DNA of 64,000 nucleotides from the human T2T-CHM13v2.0 reference genome, Homo sapiens, in NCBI RefSeq assembly GCF_009914755.1, contig NC_060926.1; one strand, given 5' to 3'. Positions 28,271 through 41,068 of the stretch are shown here, one piece after another (position 1 is the stretch's first letter; every line of letters begins with the position of its first letter). The notes below the pieces were generated by a model. That model ran no database searches, was not told the DNA's origin, and saw only the letters and a program-made list of their open reading frames with translations. Both the position numbers and the translations under genes were made by a program.

Positions 28271-29863
28271 CTTAGATTTTGAATAAAATAGTCTATTAAG
28301 TCAAACCCAGAAATTAATTAAACAGAAGTGCTTTTTTTCCTTCAAAGATTTTATGTATAAAAGATGTAATATACTCTATTGCAACATTACTGACGTAAAT
28401 ACTTTCATGAACAGCAAGGCGTATAAAATTCTAGACAAAAACAAGGAATTCATATGAGGCTATAAGTGCAAATATATTAGTTTAATGGGATTGGGATGCT
28501 ATCTTCTATCTAATTCACTATCCTTATTGTTAGTTTTCTTTGGAAAGAAAGCATGATTCATATCTGGCCTCATGTCCCCTTTTGTTCTGACAGTTTTCTG
28601 ATTCTTCAATAATTCTTTCCCTTAGAACATTTTCTAAATGGTTTTATTCAAAGAGATTGATATAATTATACTCATAAATTCTAAATTGTTAAGTGGTATC
28701 ATGAATATTTATTTTTTAAATCAATTCATTTGTTTAATAGTATTTCCCCTTTCTAGCCTTTCTAATAGCAAACTATTTTTTACTTTATTTGCGATTTTAA
28801 TCTGTGTGCACGGTCCAAATAGCATCTAAGCTGCCTTACATTGTTCTGCACTGCTTATAACCACAGCATTCCTGGAAACATCTCAATTTAACAAAATTTG
28901 TGACTAGAAAGTTTAGTAAATAACAGAAGTTGAACTGATTAGCATTGCTCTTTGTAACACTTTGAGGCAACTCCTTTCTTTATACATATACACAGATAAT
29001 AAATGAAAAAAAATTGGAAATATATGACTTTCAAAAAGAAAGTTAAATATTTCCATGCAGTTGAAACTGAACAAACTATTTTACATGAGTGATCTGTGGG
29101 GATTTTTGACACTTTAGGTCTACTTAGCTCTGTGTCTGGGTGGAAAGAGATGTGGCCAGAAGATTAGTTCCTGAAGGATAATGTGGACAACAATTGTTCA
29201 TTTTGAAGTGGAAAGCAAAAGTCAGTCAGAATTGAAAGCCTGTGTCCTCTGAGGAGAGGCTGGTGATGGGGTCTCCAGTTTATGAAGATACAAAAAGAGC
29301 AGTTACCAACCACTTCTTGGGGTTCGGGTCTATAACAAAGTATGGCACCATATTCATAGAAAAAAGGACATATAATTATGCAACCAGAAATTAAAGCTAT
29401 AATGTATCTGGCTGCTATTTCAAAATTCCCAAATCCATGGAGATGCAGAAGGCCTAAATCACCAATGCTGCAGTCCCAAAAATAATAATGACCACAAAAC
29501 CACATGAAATTTTAAGAGCGAATATGGTTGAGGTGGGCAGCAATGGAAAACCTTCTTCAAAATATTTGGTAAATCAAATTTCCAAATGACATAAAGAAAT
29601 CTATTGCTAAGAAACACAGCAAAGAAAACAATTTAGTGTAAATGAATGTAAATGTTGAATAGTCTGACAAAATAATTTAAATATTTAGAATAATTACAGA
29701 ATAAATATCATGCATAAAAATACAAAAAAGATAAAATATTATGAAGAACTTTCTGCTTATAAATTTGATAACTTGGAAAAAAGGGACTAATTTTAAAAAC
29801 ATAAATTACCAATGTCCAGTTAAGAAGAAATAGATGAAATCATGCATATGTCAACACAAAATA

Positions 29864-30297
29864 CACTAGTTTCCTTTTATCCTCAGTTACACTTTCCATT
29901 TTTTTTTTTTTAACCTATGCTCAGAAATGCAATAGTAGGCTAATGCTATAACACAGCACCTACATTATTCACTTCACTTTATCTCATTATATAAGAATTT
30001 TGTGATCTCATATCATCACCAGATGGGTGAGTCCAGTACAATAAGATATTTTGAGAGACTAGGGGAGAGAGAGAGAGAGAGATGCCCACATAGCTTTTAT
30101 TGTAGTATATTATTATAATTGTTCTATTTTATTATTCATTATTTTTAACCTCTTACTATGCCTATTTTATACATTACATGTTATTGTAAGTATATATACA
30201 GAAAAACAATATATATCCGCTTTGGTACTAGTCACGGTTTCAGGCATTCACTGGGGTTATTAGAATGCAGCCCCCTCTGATAAGGGGGAAACCACTG
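29864..30297. mobile_element. MER44/Tigger7-family DNA transposon
   Basis: Degenerate terminal inverted repeats cactagtttccttttatc ... gataagggggaaaccactg, flanked by TA dinucleotides (29862-63 and 30298-99). Confidence 0.85.
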
Positions 30298-30299
30298 TA

Positions 30300-30700
30300 T
30301 CTGTAGGCACATGTTTAAAGTGGCTCTATTTGTAATCACCAGAACTTAGAACATTTGTCCTTCAATTGTTTAATGGACAAATTAACTATGGTATATTTTT
30401 ACAATGGAATACAAGGTTACAATAAAAAGAAACAAAGCACTGATATGGATGACGATGGATGTGGATGAATCTTAAATACATTTTGCCCAGTCATAATGCC
30501 AAACTCAAGGCTACATCCTGTATGATTCAAGTTCTATGACACTCTGAAAAAGGCAAAATTAAAGGACAGAAAATAAATCAGTGTTTGTCAGGACATGGCT
30601 TTTGTGGTAATGGATTTATTGTAAAAGGGCACAAGGGAATTTGAAAGGTGATGGAAATATTCTCTATCTTGATTGCAGTGGTGTTCATACAATTGTCTTA
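30300..30700 (+). mobile_element. Old L1 (L1MB/ME) 3' UTR fragment
   Basis: ctatggtatatttttacaatggaatac, ctgtatgattc, gtgatggaaatattctctatcttgattg. Confidence 0.75.
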
Positions 30701-30704
30701 TTGT

Positions 30705-31800
30705 TTTAGCTAGGACTTCCAGTGTAATGTTGTAGTGGGGATAATGGGCATTTAATCTTGTTTCTGATCTTAAAAGAAGGCTTTCAGTCTTTCATCAATG
30801 AGGGTAATAGGATTTTTGGTAAATGCCTTTCAAGATGTTAAGTTCTGTTCTATTCCTAGTTTGATGAGTGTTTTTATTATAAAAGAGTGTTAAATTCTGT
30901 TAGATGCCTTTCTGCATATATTGAGATGATTCTGTGTCTGTATGTATATGTTTGTGTGTGTGTGTTCATTCTATTGATGTAGTATAAAACATTGATTGAT
31001 ATCATATGTTGAACAACCTTGCATGCCTGAGATAAATTCCACTTGGTCATAGTTTATTATCATTACAATGCACTGTTGGATTAGGATTCCTAGTGTTCTG
31101 GTGAGTATTTTTTACAACTGTATTCATAAGGTATATTAGTCTGCAGTTTTCTTTTCTTGTGGTAACTATGTCTCGCCTTGATATCAGGGTAATGTTGGCA
31201 TCATAGAATGTGTCAGATGTGCCCTCCACTTCTATTTTTTTGGAAGAGTTTGAGTAGGACTGATGTTAATTCTTTACATGTTTCATAGAGTTCACCATGG
31301 AATGTTTTCTGGTGGTGGGCTTTCTTTGCTTTTTATTTTGAATAAATTGATTATAGTATGTCTTGGTATAAATATCTTTGAATTTATCCTTCTTGAACTT
31401 CATTGCAATTCTTGGATATATAGCTGCCTTCCTCAAATTTAGAAAGTTTTCATTTATTATTATTTATATATGTATGTGTATGTACATACATATAGACATG
31501 TTAATGTGAAGATTATGTCTATATGTGAATATGGATATTTGTGTGTGTATATACATAATCACTATTATAATCTGTTCATTCTCAATCTCTTCTCCTTCTG
31601 GGATTTACACAATATGTACTTTGGTAGTGCTGGTAGCGTCTCTTGGGTCTTTTAGGCCCTGTTTATTTTTTCTCATTGTTTTTTTTTCCTACAATTCTTG
31701 GAATTGACAATTTCCGTTGTCCAAATTTTAAATTCACTGAGTCTTCTGTCTCCACAGGTCTGCTGTTTGAATCCCTATAGTGAACTACTGTTTATTTCAA
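30705..31800 (-). mobile_element. Old L1 ORF2 fragment joined to an ORF1 fragment
   Basis: ORF track 31047-31229 FYDANITLISR is an ORF2p RT-region motif; ctaggacttccagt. Confidence 0.8.
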
Positions 31801-33814
31801 CATTTGAGGAAAAGGAGACAGGCACAAAAGTATACATACTTCATTATTTCTTTTCACTAAAGCTTAAAAATGGGCAAAACTATTTAGTATGAGTTTCTCT
31901 TAAATAATAAAACACAATAACCAAACAAGAGCGAAGCAATTTTTTTTCAAAACCATAAAATTCAGGAGAGTGGAAACCTTTACAGAATGAGTAGAATGTG
32001 ATAAGAAAGGTAAATAAGGTAGGGGAAGAGGGTTCTGAGGTGTCATCAATATCTTACTTCTTGTTCTGGACAGTAATTATATGGATATGTACCTAATATT
32101 AGATAATTAAGTTAAATATTTATATTTTATTCACCTTCTATTAATGATATATGTGTTGTACTCAAAACTCAAAAAAGTGTAAGAAATTTTATCACTACGA
32201 AATTTGAATGATTTCCCTCAGAAAATAAGGGGTAAATTTACCAGCCTGCATGTGAAAGTTTGTAAATAATAATCAACACCAATAAGGAAAATGAAATTAA
32301 ATGAGGCACCCTGACTTTTCTCTGACTTTTCTTTTTCCTGACTTTTCTCAACATTTGTTAAATAAATGTGCATATTTAGCTTAAGAAATCACTGTCCTTT
32401 CAGTCTCCCTGAGTTAAGTTTAAATGACAGAGGACCTATGAACAGCTGGCCCATTTTCCATTCTATAGATGTGTTTCAAATAGGAAGTTATTCATTTCCA
32501 TTACATCAGTTAATAGACTACCATATCAAACACTGCTGTGTTTCCTCTCTTGGTAACATTTCTGTGATTTACATTTCCCTTTATTGAAGGTTGTTATTCA
32601 TGAACTGTGGGTCCTTCCAAAGCTGATTTTCATCAAACATGACCTTTCATGTTTTTCCGTTGTAATGTAATGCAACTTACTTAGTGTAAGATTAGCATTC
32701 ATGTCAATCACAAACCTACTCACCATATCTATTTTACTCAGTCATCAACCAGAAGACACATACATTTCATTCTAAATATAAAATAATCTGTCTTGTGTAT
32801 GTGAGAAAAGAAGTCCACCTCCTTTTGCACTGTCTTTCATTTTTCAGTTTCTTTAAGTTAAGATTACAGATGATGATTTTCTATAGTTTTAGGTCCATGG
32901 TAGTTTCTGATCCAATTATGCCACAGAGTATTAGGAACCCTAAACCCAATAAGCCTGGTTAAGTTTTCTAGATATGATATCGTGGTAACAATCATGATTG
33001 TCTTCCTCCAACCTCAGAACTAGTATCTAATCCAACAGAGATGAGCCATGAGTTTCAACACTTGCTAAGATTGGATCATTCAAGTTACAACAATTTATGT
33101 TCCAATCAGTCTTAAGTCTTGTTTACAGTGTGAAAAGTCACACTGCCTAGTCACTCTTAGGAACTGGTCAATCTCTGACTCGTGTCTTCTGACTAGGACC
33201 ATGGCATCTGACTAGTTCCTTTTGCCACCACACTTTTTTATGAAAGCTGAATCATATCTTCTGTACATCCTACCCTCCCATCAATCCCGACCCCTGGAAG
33301 CACTGCTGTGCATGAAGATTTTGTCAGGAATGACTTTCTCTCACTTAGTTCCCAATCCACTTTTAATTAGCTAACTTCCAATTTGTTTATATCCCTAATA
33401 AATCAATGTTCTCTAGAGGGTCACAAACAAACTTGCAAAGTACAATGCAGTGGTCTATTCTAAACCTTTACTTCTTTAACCACTTCAGTGCATCTGATTT
33501 TTCAAATTCTTTTCTCTGGCTTTTCTAGCACTGAAACAATCTACCTTTGGAAATTTTGTTATCCATCTGTTGTCTACTTTTTCCCAGACTCAAGATGTGG
33601 GAATTCCATTCTTAGTTCTCTTCTCTGATCTATCTCCATACCTTGACAAACTCTTAACAATTTTAAGTCTATATGTATAACTTGAGTAAAATATCAGGTG
33701 GCAATAAACACAAGATTCAGTGGTAGATTTCATCTAAAGTTGATCTTAACTGAAAAAGCAAGAAAATGCATGTAGAATATGCAGTTAAAATATTTCATGT
33801 GACTTATATTTGAA

Positions 33815-34035
33815 TAATAATAGTAATGATAACAGATAAAACTAACATGTAATAGCGCTAGCTGCTTTATTTAGACCTATTTACTAGATGTGTCAGTATT
33901 ATTCAAATCCACAGAATAAAGGACTGAAGAACAGAGCATTTAGCTAAATTTTCCAAAGTTACTCCTATATAAGCTTTGGTACTGGGATTTAACACCTGGC
34001 ATTATGGATCTAAAGTGTTGTGTTCTTGATCACAT
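33815..34035 (-). mobile_element. MIR
   Basis: ataataatag...ggactgaagaacagag...ctgggatttaacacctggc. Confidence 0.6.
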
Positions 34036-34239
34036 TTTCAAGTAAATACTTTTCCCTTTGGAAACTAAAAACGACGAGGGAGATAATAAAGGTTTGCTAT
34101 CTAACAACTAATACCCACTTCATCTTAGTTAACTTACTAACCTCCCATCATTTGTCCACATATTAGAAGGCAATTTATAAGCGGAAATATAAAAATATAA
34201 GAGAACGATTTTCTGGGAGTCAAAAGTTTTCCATTATCA

Positions 34240-34388
34240 TGTGTTTGTGTCTGTGTGTGTGAGAGAGAGAGAGCGACAGAGAGATAAAGAGGAGGAAGGA
34301 GAGGAGAAGAATTATAAGAGGAGAGGAAAGAAGGAAAAAAAAAACAGAAAAGAAGACAGAAGAAAGGCGAGGAGAAGCAAAGAGAGGT
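34240..34388. repeat. (GT)n/(GA)n plus GA-rich low-complexity tract
   Basis: Directly visible. Confidence 0.85.
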
Positions 34389-34474
34389 CCCTAACTTCTT
34401 TCATTCTGATTTGGTACAATACTGTGTACAATTGGACCCATGATAGCAATGTTCTATGACCACAGGGAGAGATG

Positions 34475-34774
34475 ATATTATTTATGAGGGGAAATGCTAT
34501 GTCGGGGGCACCAATTATTAGGGGGACCAGTCAATTGCCAAAGCCTCCAATTATGATGGGTATTACTATGAAAAATATTATGACGAATGCGTGGGCCGTG
34601 ACGATAACATTATAGATATGATCATTACCTAGAAGGTTGCCGGGTTGACCTAGTTCAGCCCGCATAAGGAGGCTTAAAGCTGTGCCTAGGACCCCAGCTC
34701 AGGCACCGAACAACAGGTATAATGTTCCCATATCTTTGTGAATTAGTTGAGAACAATCAACGGTTGGTGAATAT
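34475..34774 (-). pseudogene. MT-CO1: COX1 5' fragment (NUMT, ~100 codons)
   Basis: Mt-code translation of the minus strand gives [21 protein letters not shown]...GGFGNWLVPLMIGAPDMAF; start ATA; +1 frameshift near 34740. Confidence 0.97.
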
Positions 34775-34792
34775 AGGTGGGGGGCGGGGGGG

Positions 34793-34858
34793 CGTAAAAT
34801 GGCTGAGTAAGGCATTAGACTGTAAATCTAAAGACAGAGGCTAAACCTCTTTTTACCA
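34793..34858 (+). tRNA. MT-TY: mt-tRNA-Tyr(GTA) lookalike within the NUMT
   Basis: gtaaaatggctgagtaag...tagactGTAaatcta...ttttacca. Confidence 0.92.
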
Positions 34859-34923
34859 GCCCTGAGGTGATTATCATGTTGAATTGCAAATTCAAAGGAG
34901 CAACTTCAATCCTGCGGGGGCTT
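34858..34923 (+). tRNA. MT-TC: mt-tRNA-Cys(GCA) lookalike within the NUMT
   Basis: agccctgaggtgatt...ttgaattGCAaattcaa...ggggctt. Confidence 0.92.
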
Positions 34924-34954
34924 CTCCCACCTTTTTCTCCCCGCGGCGGAGAAG
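34921..34954. other. Copy of the mitochondrial light-strand replication origin (OL) hairpin
   Basis: cttctcccacc-tttttctccccgc-ggcggagaag between the Cys and Asn tRNAs; imperfect stem. Confidence 0.9.
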
Positions 34955-35027
34955 TAGATTGAAGCCACTTGATTAGGGTATTTAGCTGTTAACTAAATTT
35001 TTGTGGGTTTAAGTCCCGTTAATCTAG
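34955..35027 (+). tRNA. MT-TN: mt-tRNA-Asn(GTT) lookalike within the NUMT
   Basis: tagattgaagcca...ttagctGTTaactaa...aatctag. Confidence 0.92.
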
Positions 35028-35028
35028 T

Positions 35029-35097
35029 AAGGGTTTAGCTTAATTAAAGTGGCTGATTTGCGTTCAGTTGATGCAGAGTAGGGTTTTGCAGTCCTTA
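35029..35097 (+). tRNA. MT-TA: mt-tRNA-Ala(TGC) lookalike within the NUMT
   Basis: aagggtttagcttaattaaagt...ctgattTGCgttcag...gtcctta. Confidence 0.92.
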
Positions 35098-35104
35098 GGT
35101 ATTG

Positions 35105-35172
35105 CAGAAATTAAGTATTATTTACTTACTGAGGGCTTTGAAGGCTCTTTGTCTTGTTTAACCTAAGTTTCT
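35105..35172 (-). tRNA. MT-TW: mt-tRNA-Trp(TCA) lookalike within the NUMT
   Basis: Minus strand agaaacttaggttaaac...agagcctTCAaagccct...aatttctg. Confidence 0.92.
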
Positions 35173-35827
35173 AGGAGATAGATAAAGTGGGGAGATTGGT
35201 AGGAGGAAGGTGGCGAGGATGGTTAGTGGGGGGAGGAGTAGTATGGGTTTTGTGTTTTCAAATTGTCACTTTATTTTTACATTGTTGGACATGGGGAATA
35301 GTGTAATTGAAGCAGAGTAGATTAGGCGTATGTAAAAGTATAGGTTAAGGAGGTTATAATAGCTATAGCAGTAGGAATGGTAAGGTTATTATTTTTTGTA
35401 AACTCTTCATGATAATTCATTTGGGTAGAAAGCCAGTTAATGGGGGAGGGCCTCCTAGTGATAGTAGAATAGATGGGATCATGGGTGTTAGTCAGGTTAA
35501 TTTGTTTCAGATGCGAGATAGTAATAGCGCTGTAGTGCTTGAGTTTAGGTTGAGTACTAGGAATGCGGTAGTTGTTAGAGTAATATATATGGCCAGGTTA
35601 AAAATGGTAATATTTGGGTTGTATATTAGCACTGCCATTATTCAGCCTGTATGAGTGATTGAGGAGTATGCTAGGATTTTACGTAGTTGTGTTTCATTAA
35701 GTGCACCTCAGCTGCCTGCCATGATAGATAAAATTGAAAGGGTAAGGAGAATATTTATGTTTACTAATCAGGAGATTTGATATATAATTGAAGTAGGGGC
35801 TAGTTTTTGTCATGTGAGGAGTAGGCC
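35173..35827 (-). pseudogene. MT-ND2: ND2 3' two-thirds (NUMT)
   Basis: Mt-code motifs LLTWQKLAP, LRKILAYSSITH, SLGGLPPLTGFLPKW, NLYFYMRLIYS; apparent 1-nt deletion near 35410. Confidence 0.97.
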
Positions 35828-38800
35828 AACACACAGAGGGTGGTAGAGTGGAAGTTTATAAAAGACTTGGGCCCGTCCATGGGACCAATTATCTCTATAA
35901 TTTCTAAAACATGAGGAACATAGGCTGCTGTTGTTTATAGCACCATTAATCAAGTGTCCTTTTACTTGCATCTGGAGAGACTCTAACATAGGTCTGAACA
36001 CTGCTACTTTGTGCCGTCAGATACTGTGTTACAGAGACAGTGAAGAATTTAAGATGCAGAAGCAGATTGCCTTTAAAAACTTATGTGAGCATCTCAACCC
36101 ACTCCTTACACTCCAGCTTCCTCAATTACAAAATGGAAATAATTATAGTAAATAATTTGTTTTTATTTTTATTATCAGCATCATATTCCTACCTTTATTT
36201 TTATTGTAATTATTCCTTTGTGGCTAAATTTTAAATATTCCTTTCTTGCCCTGATGTTTCATCTACATATTTCTAATCACCTTCACATTATACGTAACAG
36301 ATTGCTGTTACATTGTCTTTAAACATTTTATATGCAAGTTAAATATGGAGACAGTTTTAAATCAGCAGATTATGGATGTCTGTTTGAAGGCACACAAGTG
36401 AAAAATTTCCACGAAAAGTCTTGATTGGAGAATCTAGAGATTGTTTAGTAAGTGATGGGATCCTGAAAACTAGCTATAAAGCCCAAAGAGAAATGACTGC
36501 TGAATAAAGATGTAGTTTCCCCAAATAGTAAGAATTAAACATCAAAGGCCACAACATTGCTATGAATAATTATATTGACTATGCAGAATTACACTGAACT
36601 AATTAAAGTACCTTGAGCCTTGACGTTTTCATTTTTGTGACAAGAAATGCTCGTCCCCTTATCTATGTTCACTAATTAGTGGTAAAATTTGCTGGTAAGA
36701 AAAATGTCATGCAATCAGTTCTGTCTGTGAAGTATTTCTCTTTGATATGGTTTTCTTCTGAACATTTTTACGTAACATCTTTTTTATCATAAAATTTAAA
36801 TGGTTAAAATAAAATTGTTATTTCCACCCTAAAATAACAATAATTTAAAAATCTGACTCCTTGTCATCTACCCATTCAGTCTCGATTGCTTAGAGTCATT
36901 TAGTTTTTCTCTTCTTCATGCACCCTATCAGAATCGTTCTCAGAACTTTTCTTTTTCCTTTCAATCTCTGAATAACCTTCTTTAATTTCTACTACTACCA
37001 CACTCAGATCTATATTACTTAATTCTTAAATTTACCACAAAAACCTCTACCTGCTTTTCCTTATTCTAAGCTCTGTACTCTCCAATTAAGATTATCCTTC
37101 CTAGTGTGACTTCCTCTCCTTGAAAGTCAGTTGAAACTTTCAGTCCCAGAGTTAATCTATCACAATTATAGAATACTTTAAATAGCAAACATATACCACC
37201 ATATCTACCCTGACAGATGACCTCAACCTAACATCTTTCTGCTTGAATTATATAACAAAACAGGGTTGTCAGCCTCTGCACCACAGCTGATCCTCAGGAG
37301 ACCCAGTCTCAGTTTCGGCCCTTCTCACTGCAGTTGCAGAATCTATTCCACCTGTGAAGTGACCTGCTGAGAAACAAGCACCCATCTGAACCAATGAGAT
37401 GTGCTGGGGCTGAACAGCCTCTATGTAACAGCAGATCCTGAGGGGGACAGTCTCAGCTCTAGCCCTTCTTTCTGCAGTTGGGAAACCTCTCTGCCCCTGC
37501 AAGGAACTACTAGAAGGCACATCCATGTAGGCCATCTGGGCACACTCACTAGCTTTCATCCCACAGCACATCTTGGTGGTCCAGTCCTGGCTCAGGGTAC
37601 TCTCTCTGCAGTCCCAACTGTGCAGAGTAATCCTGGGAGACACTCCAGTTTGGGCCCTGGGACAGGCTTACAGGCAAGGGTCCTGGCCAGCCTAGGTACC
37701 CTCCTTGTTCTTCCCCAGGTGATAAAACCCAGATGGAAGAACCATGCCAATCTCGGAGCCCTAGCAAGATTCACAATACACATGGGCTTAGAGCACCCTC
37801 CAGTGCTGAGACAGCTGCAGTGTCCGTGGGCTCATGGAACATAACAGTCTGCTTAGAACCTCTGGAAGACCCACCGAAGAAGGTCAGACACAAACAAAGC
37901 CAGAATATGAATATTAAAATATGGAATCCCTCCATGTGGAGAACATATTGCATGTCCATAAGCATAAAGAACTTTCAGAGAAATGTGACCTCACCAAACA
38001 TACAGAATAAGGAGTCAGAGACTGACCTTAAAGGTATGAAGATATGTGATCTTGCAAACAAAGAATTCAAAATAGCTGTTTTAAAGAAGTTCAGTGAGTA
38101 TCAAGGAAATACAGAGAAATTATTCAAGATTATCAGAGAAATTTATCAGAGATATTGAAATAATTTTTTTAAATTTAACAGAAATCCTGGAGTGAAAAAT
38201 ACAATGACTAAATAAATAATGCAATAAAGAGCATCAACAGCAGAATTGTTCAAACAAAAGAAAGAATCAGTGGGCTCAAAGACAAAATATTTGAAAATAC
38301 ACAGAGAAGAAAGAAAAAAGGATAAAAAAGAAGAGAAAAAGCTTATGAAATCTATGGTGCCACATCATAAAAGCAAATATCTGTGTTATTGGATTTCAAG
38401 GTGGAGCTAAGAAAGACAAAAGAGTAGAATTATTATTTCAAGAAATATTAGAAAGCTTTCCAAACCTAGAGAAATGTATAAATATCCAGGTCAGGAAAAT
38501 CAAAGGTCAGTAATCAGATTTAACCCAAATAAGACTACCTTGAGACATAATCAAACGCTTAAAGATCAAAGACAAAGAGAGGGTCCCAAAATCTTCTGAG
38601 AGAAAAGAGGTAAAAAACATATAATGTAGCTCCAATACATCTGGCAGCTGACTTCTCAGCAGAAAACTTGCCAGCCAGGAGGAATCATTCAGAATGATGA
38701 AGAAGGGGAAAGAAGCTTCAACCAAGAATTCTGTACCCAACAGAGCTATCCTTCAGAAATGAAGAAAAGATAAATATTTTCCCAGACAACCAAAGTTGAA

Positions 38801-40298
38801 GTAATTCATTACTACTAGACGTGTCATACAAGAAATAACGAAGGAGGTCTTCAAACTGAAAGAAATGCACACTAACCTGTTACAGAAAAACATTTGAAGG
38901 TAAAAAATTCACTGGCAAAACTAAGTATATAGACAAAATTAGACTTACTTTAATACTTATTCTAATACTATTTTAGTGTTATGTAAGCAATTATATAATT
39001 ATATCTTTAGTTTGATGACTAAAAGACAAAATTATTAAAAATGATAATAACGACCCTAACTTATTAAGAGATAGGCATTATAAAGAGATGTAAAATGTAA
39101 TATCCAAAATTCAAAATGTGGAGAGTCAATGCAATTAAAGAGGACAGGTGTTTTTGTGTGTTTGTGTGTGTGTCTGTGTGTGTGTGTGTGTGTTGGTTAT
39201 TCCTAGCCTTACAATTAAAGTTAAATTGTTATCAATTTATAGTAACTTGTTATAACTATAAGATGTTTTGGTAAACTTTATGGTATGCACAAAGCAAAAA
39301 AATAACAAATACACTAAAATTAAAAAACAGCAATCAAAACACACTATTAGAAAAAACCATTTAACCAGAAAGGATGACAGACAGGGGGAAAAAAAACAAT
39401 CTACAGAACAACTAGAAAATAAGAAAAAACAAAACCAGCAGGATTAAGTCCTTACCCATAACAATTATTTGAATATAAATGAATTAAATTCTATAATTAA
39501 GGAACATAGAATGGCTGAATGGATTAAAAAAATAAGACCCAGTTACATGCTTCCTATAAGAAGGTCACTTCACCTAGACACACATAAATTGCATGAATGT
39601 GATAAGATATTATGTGTAAACTGAAACCAAAAAAGGGGAAGAGTAGCTATATTTATATCCTATAAAACAGACTTTAAGTCAAAAGTAGTACAAAAGACAG
39701 AGAATGTCATTATGTAATGATAAGCATATATAATAATTTTAAGTAAACATGCATAAAACACTGAAGCACCTAAACATATAAAGCAAATATTAATAACCTA
39801 CACAGAGATAAACCTCAATACAGTAATAGTAGCAGACTTTAACATCCCACTTTCAGCAATGGATGTATCATCCTGACAGAAAATCAACAAAGAATCCCCA
39901 GAGTTAAACTCTACCCTAGACCAAATGAACCTAACAGACATTTACAGAACATTCCATCTAACATCTGCAGAATATACATTCTTCTTACAGAAGATAAAAC
40001 AGTCTCCAGGATAGACCATATGTTAGATCACAGAACAAGTTTCAATGAATTTTTAAAATGCAAAATTAAATTAAAATTTTTTTCTGATCACAATGGAATA
40101 AAACTACAAATCCAGAAACTGTACAAATACACTGAAAGTAAACAACATGCTCCCAAACAACCAATGTCTCAAAATTTTAACATTTCTTGAGACAAACTGA
40201 AGTGGAAACACAGCATACCAAAATCTATGGGATTACAGCAAAAGCATCTCTAAAGGAAAGTTCATAACAGTGAACTCTTACATCAAAAAGCAAGAAGA

Positions 40299-40614
<316 letters not shown>

Positions 40615-40646
40615 TCAAACAAACAAACTAATATTGTACTTCAAGA

Positions 40647-41068
40647 GTGGTGTGCGTCTAACTGAGTTGCTGAAGCAAGGACAGTATTCTCCCATGGCTA
40701 TTGAAGAACAAGTGGCTGTTATCTATGTGGGTGTAAGGAGGTATCTTGATAAATTGGAGCCCAGCAAGGTTACAAAGTTTGAGAATGCTTTCTTGTCTCG
40801 TGTTGTCAGCCAGCACCAGGCCCTGTTGGGCACTATCAGGGCTGATGGAAAGATCTCAGAAGAACCAGATGCAAAGCTGAAAGAGATTGTTAACAAACTT
40901 CTTGGCTGGATTTGAAGCTTAAACTCCTGTGGATTCACATCAAATACCAGTTCAGTTTTGTCATTGTTCTAGCAAATTAGTTCCATTTGTAAAAGGGTTA
41001 CTCTCATATTCGTTATGTACAGAAGTCACATGAAAAGTAAAGGTTCCATAATGGCAAAAAAAAAAAAA
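40647..41068 (+). pseudogene. ATP5F1A: 5'-truncated processed pseudogene of ATP synthase F1 subunit alpha (C-terminal ~90 codons, 3' UTR, poly(A))
   Basis: [26 protein letters not shown]...[19 protein letters not shown]; +1 frameshift near 40890; native stop 40920-40922; poly(A) signal mutated to agtaaa (41036-41041); A13 tail at 41056-41068. Confidence 0.97.

Larger units (their letters stand above)
34475..35827 (-). pseudogene. NUMT: nuclear copy of mtDNA spanning 3' ND2, tRNA W-A-N, OL, C-Y and 5' COX1
   Basis: Continuous vertebrate mitochondrial gene order and recognisable primate mt sequence; frameshifts in both coding parts. Confidence 0.98.

Noticed and set aside
29164-29505. 113-aa minus-strand ORF
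   Set aside because: No domain or family recognised and no splice or promoter support; consistent with chance.
35409-35654. Plus-strand 81-aa ORF
   Set aside because: Antisense shadow of the ND2 pseudogene.
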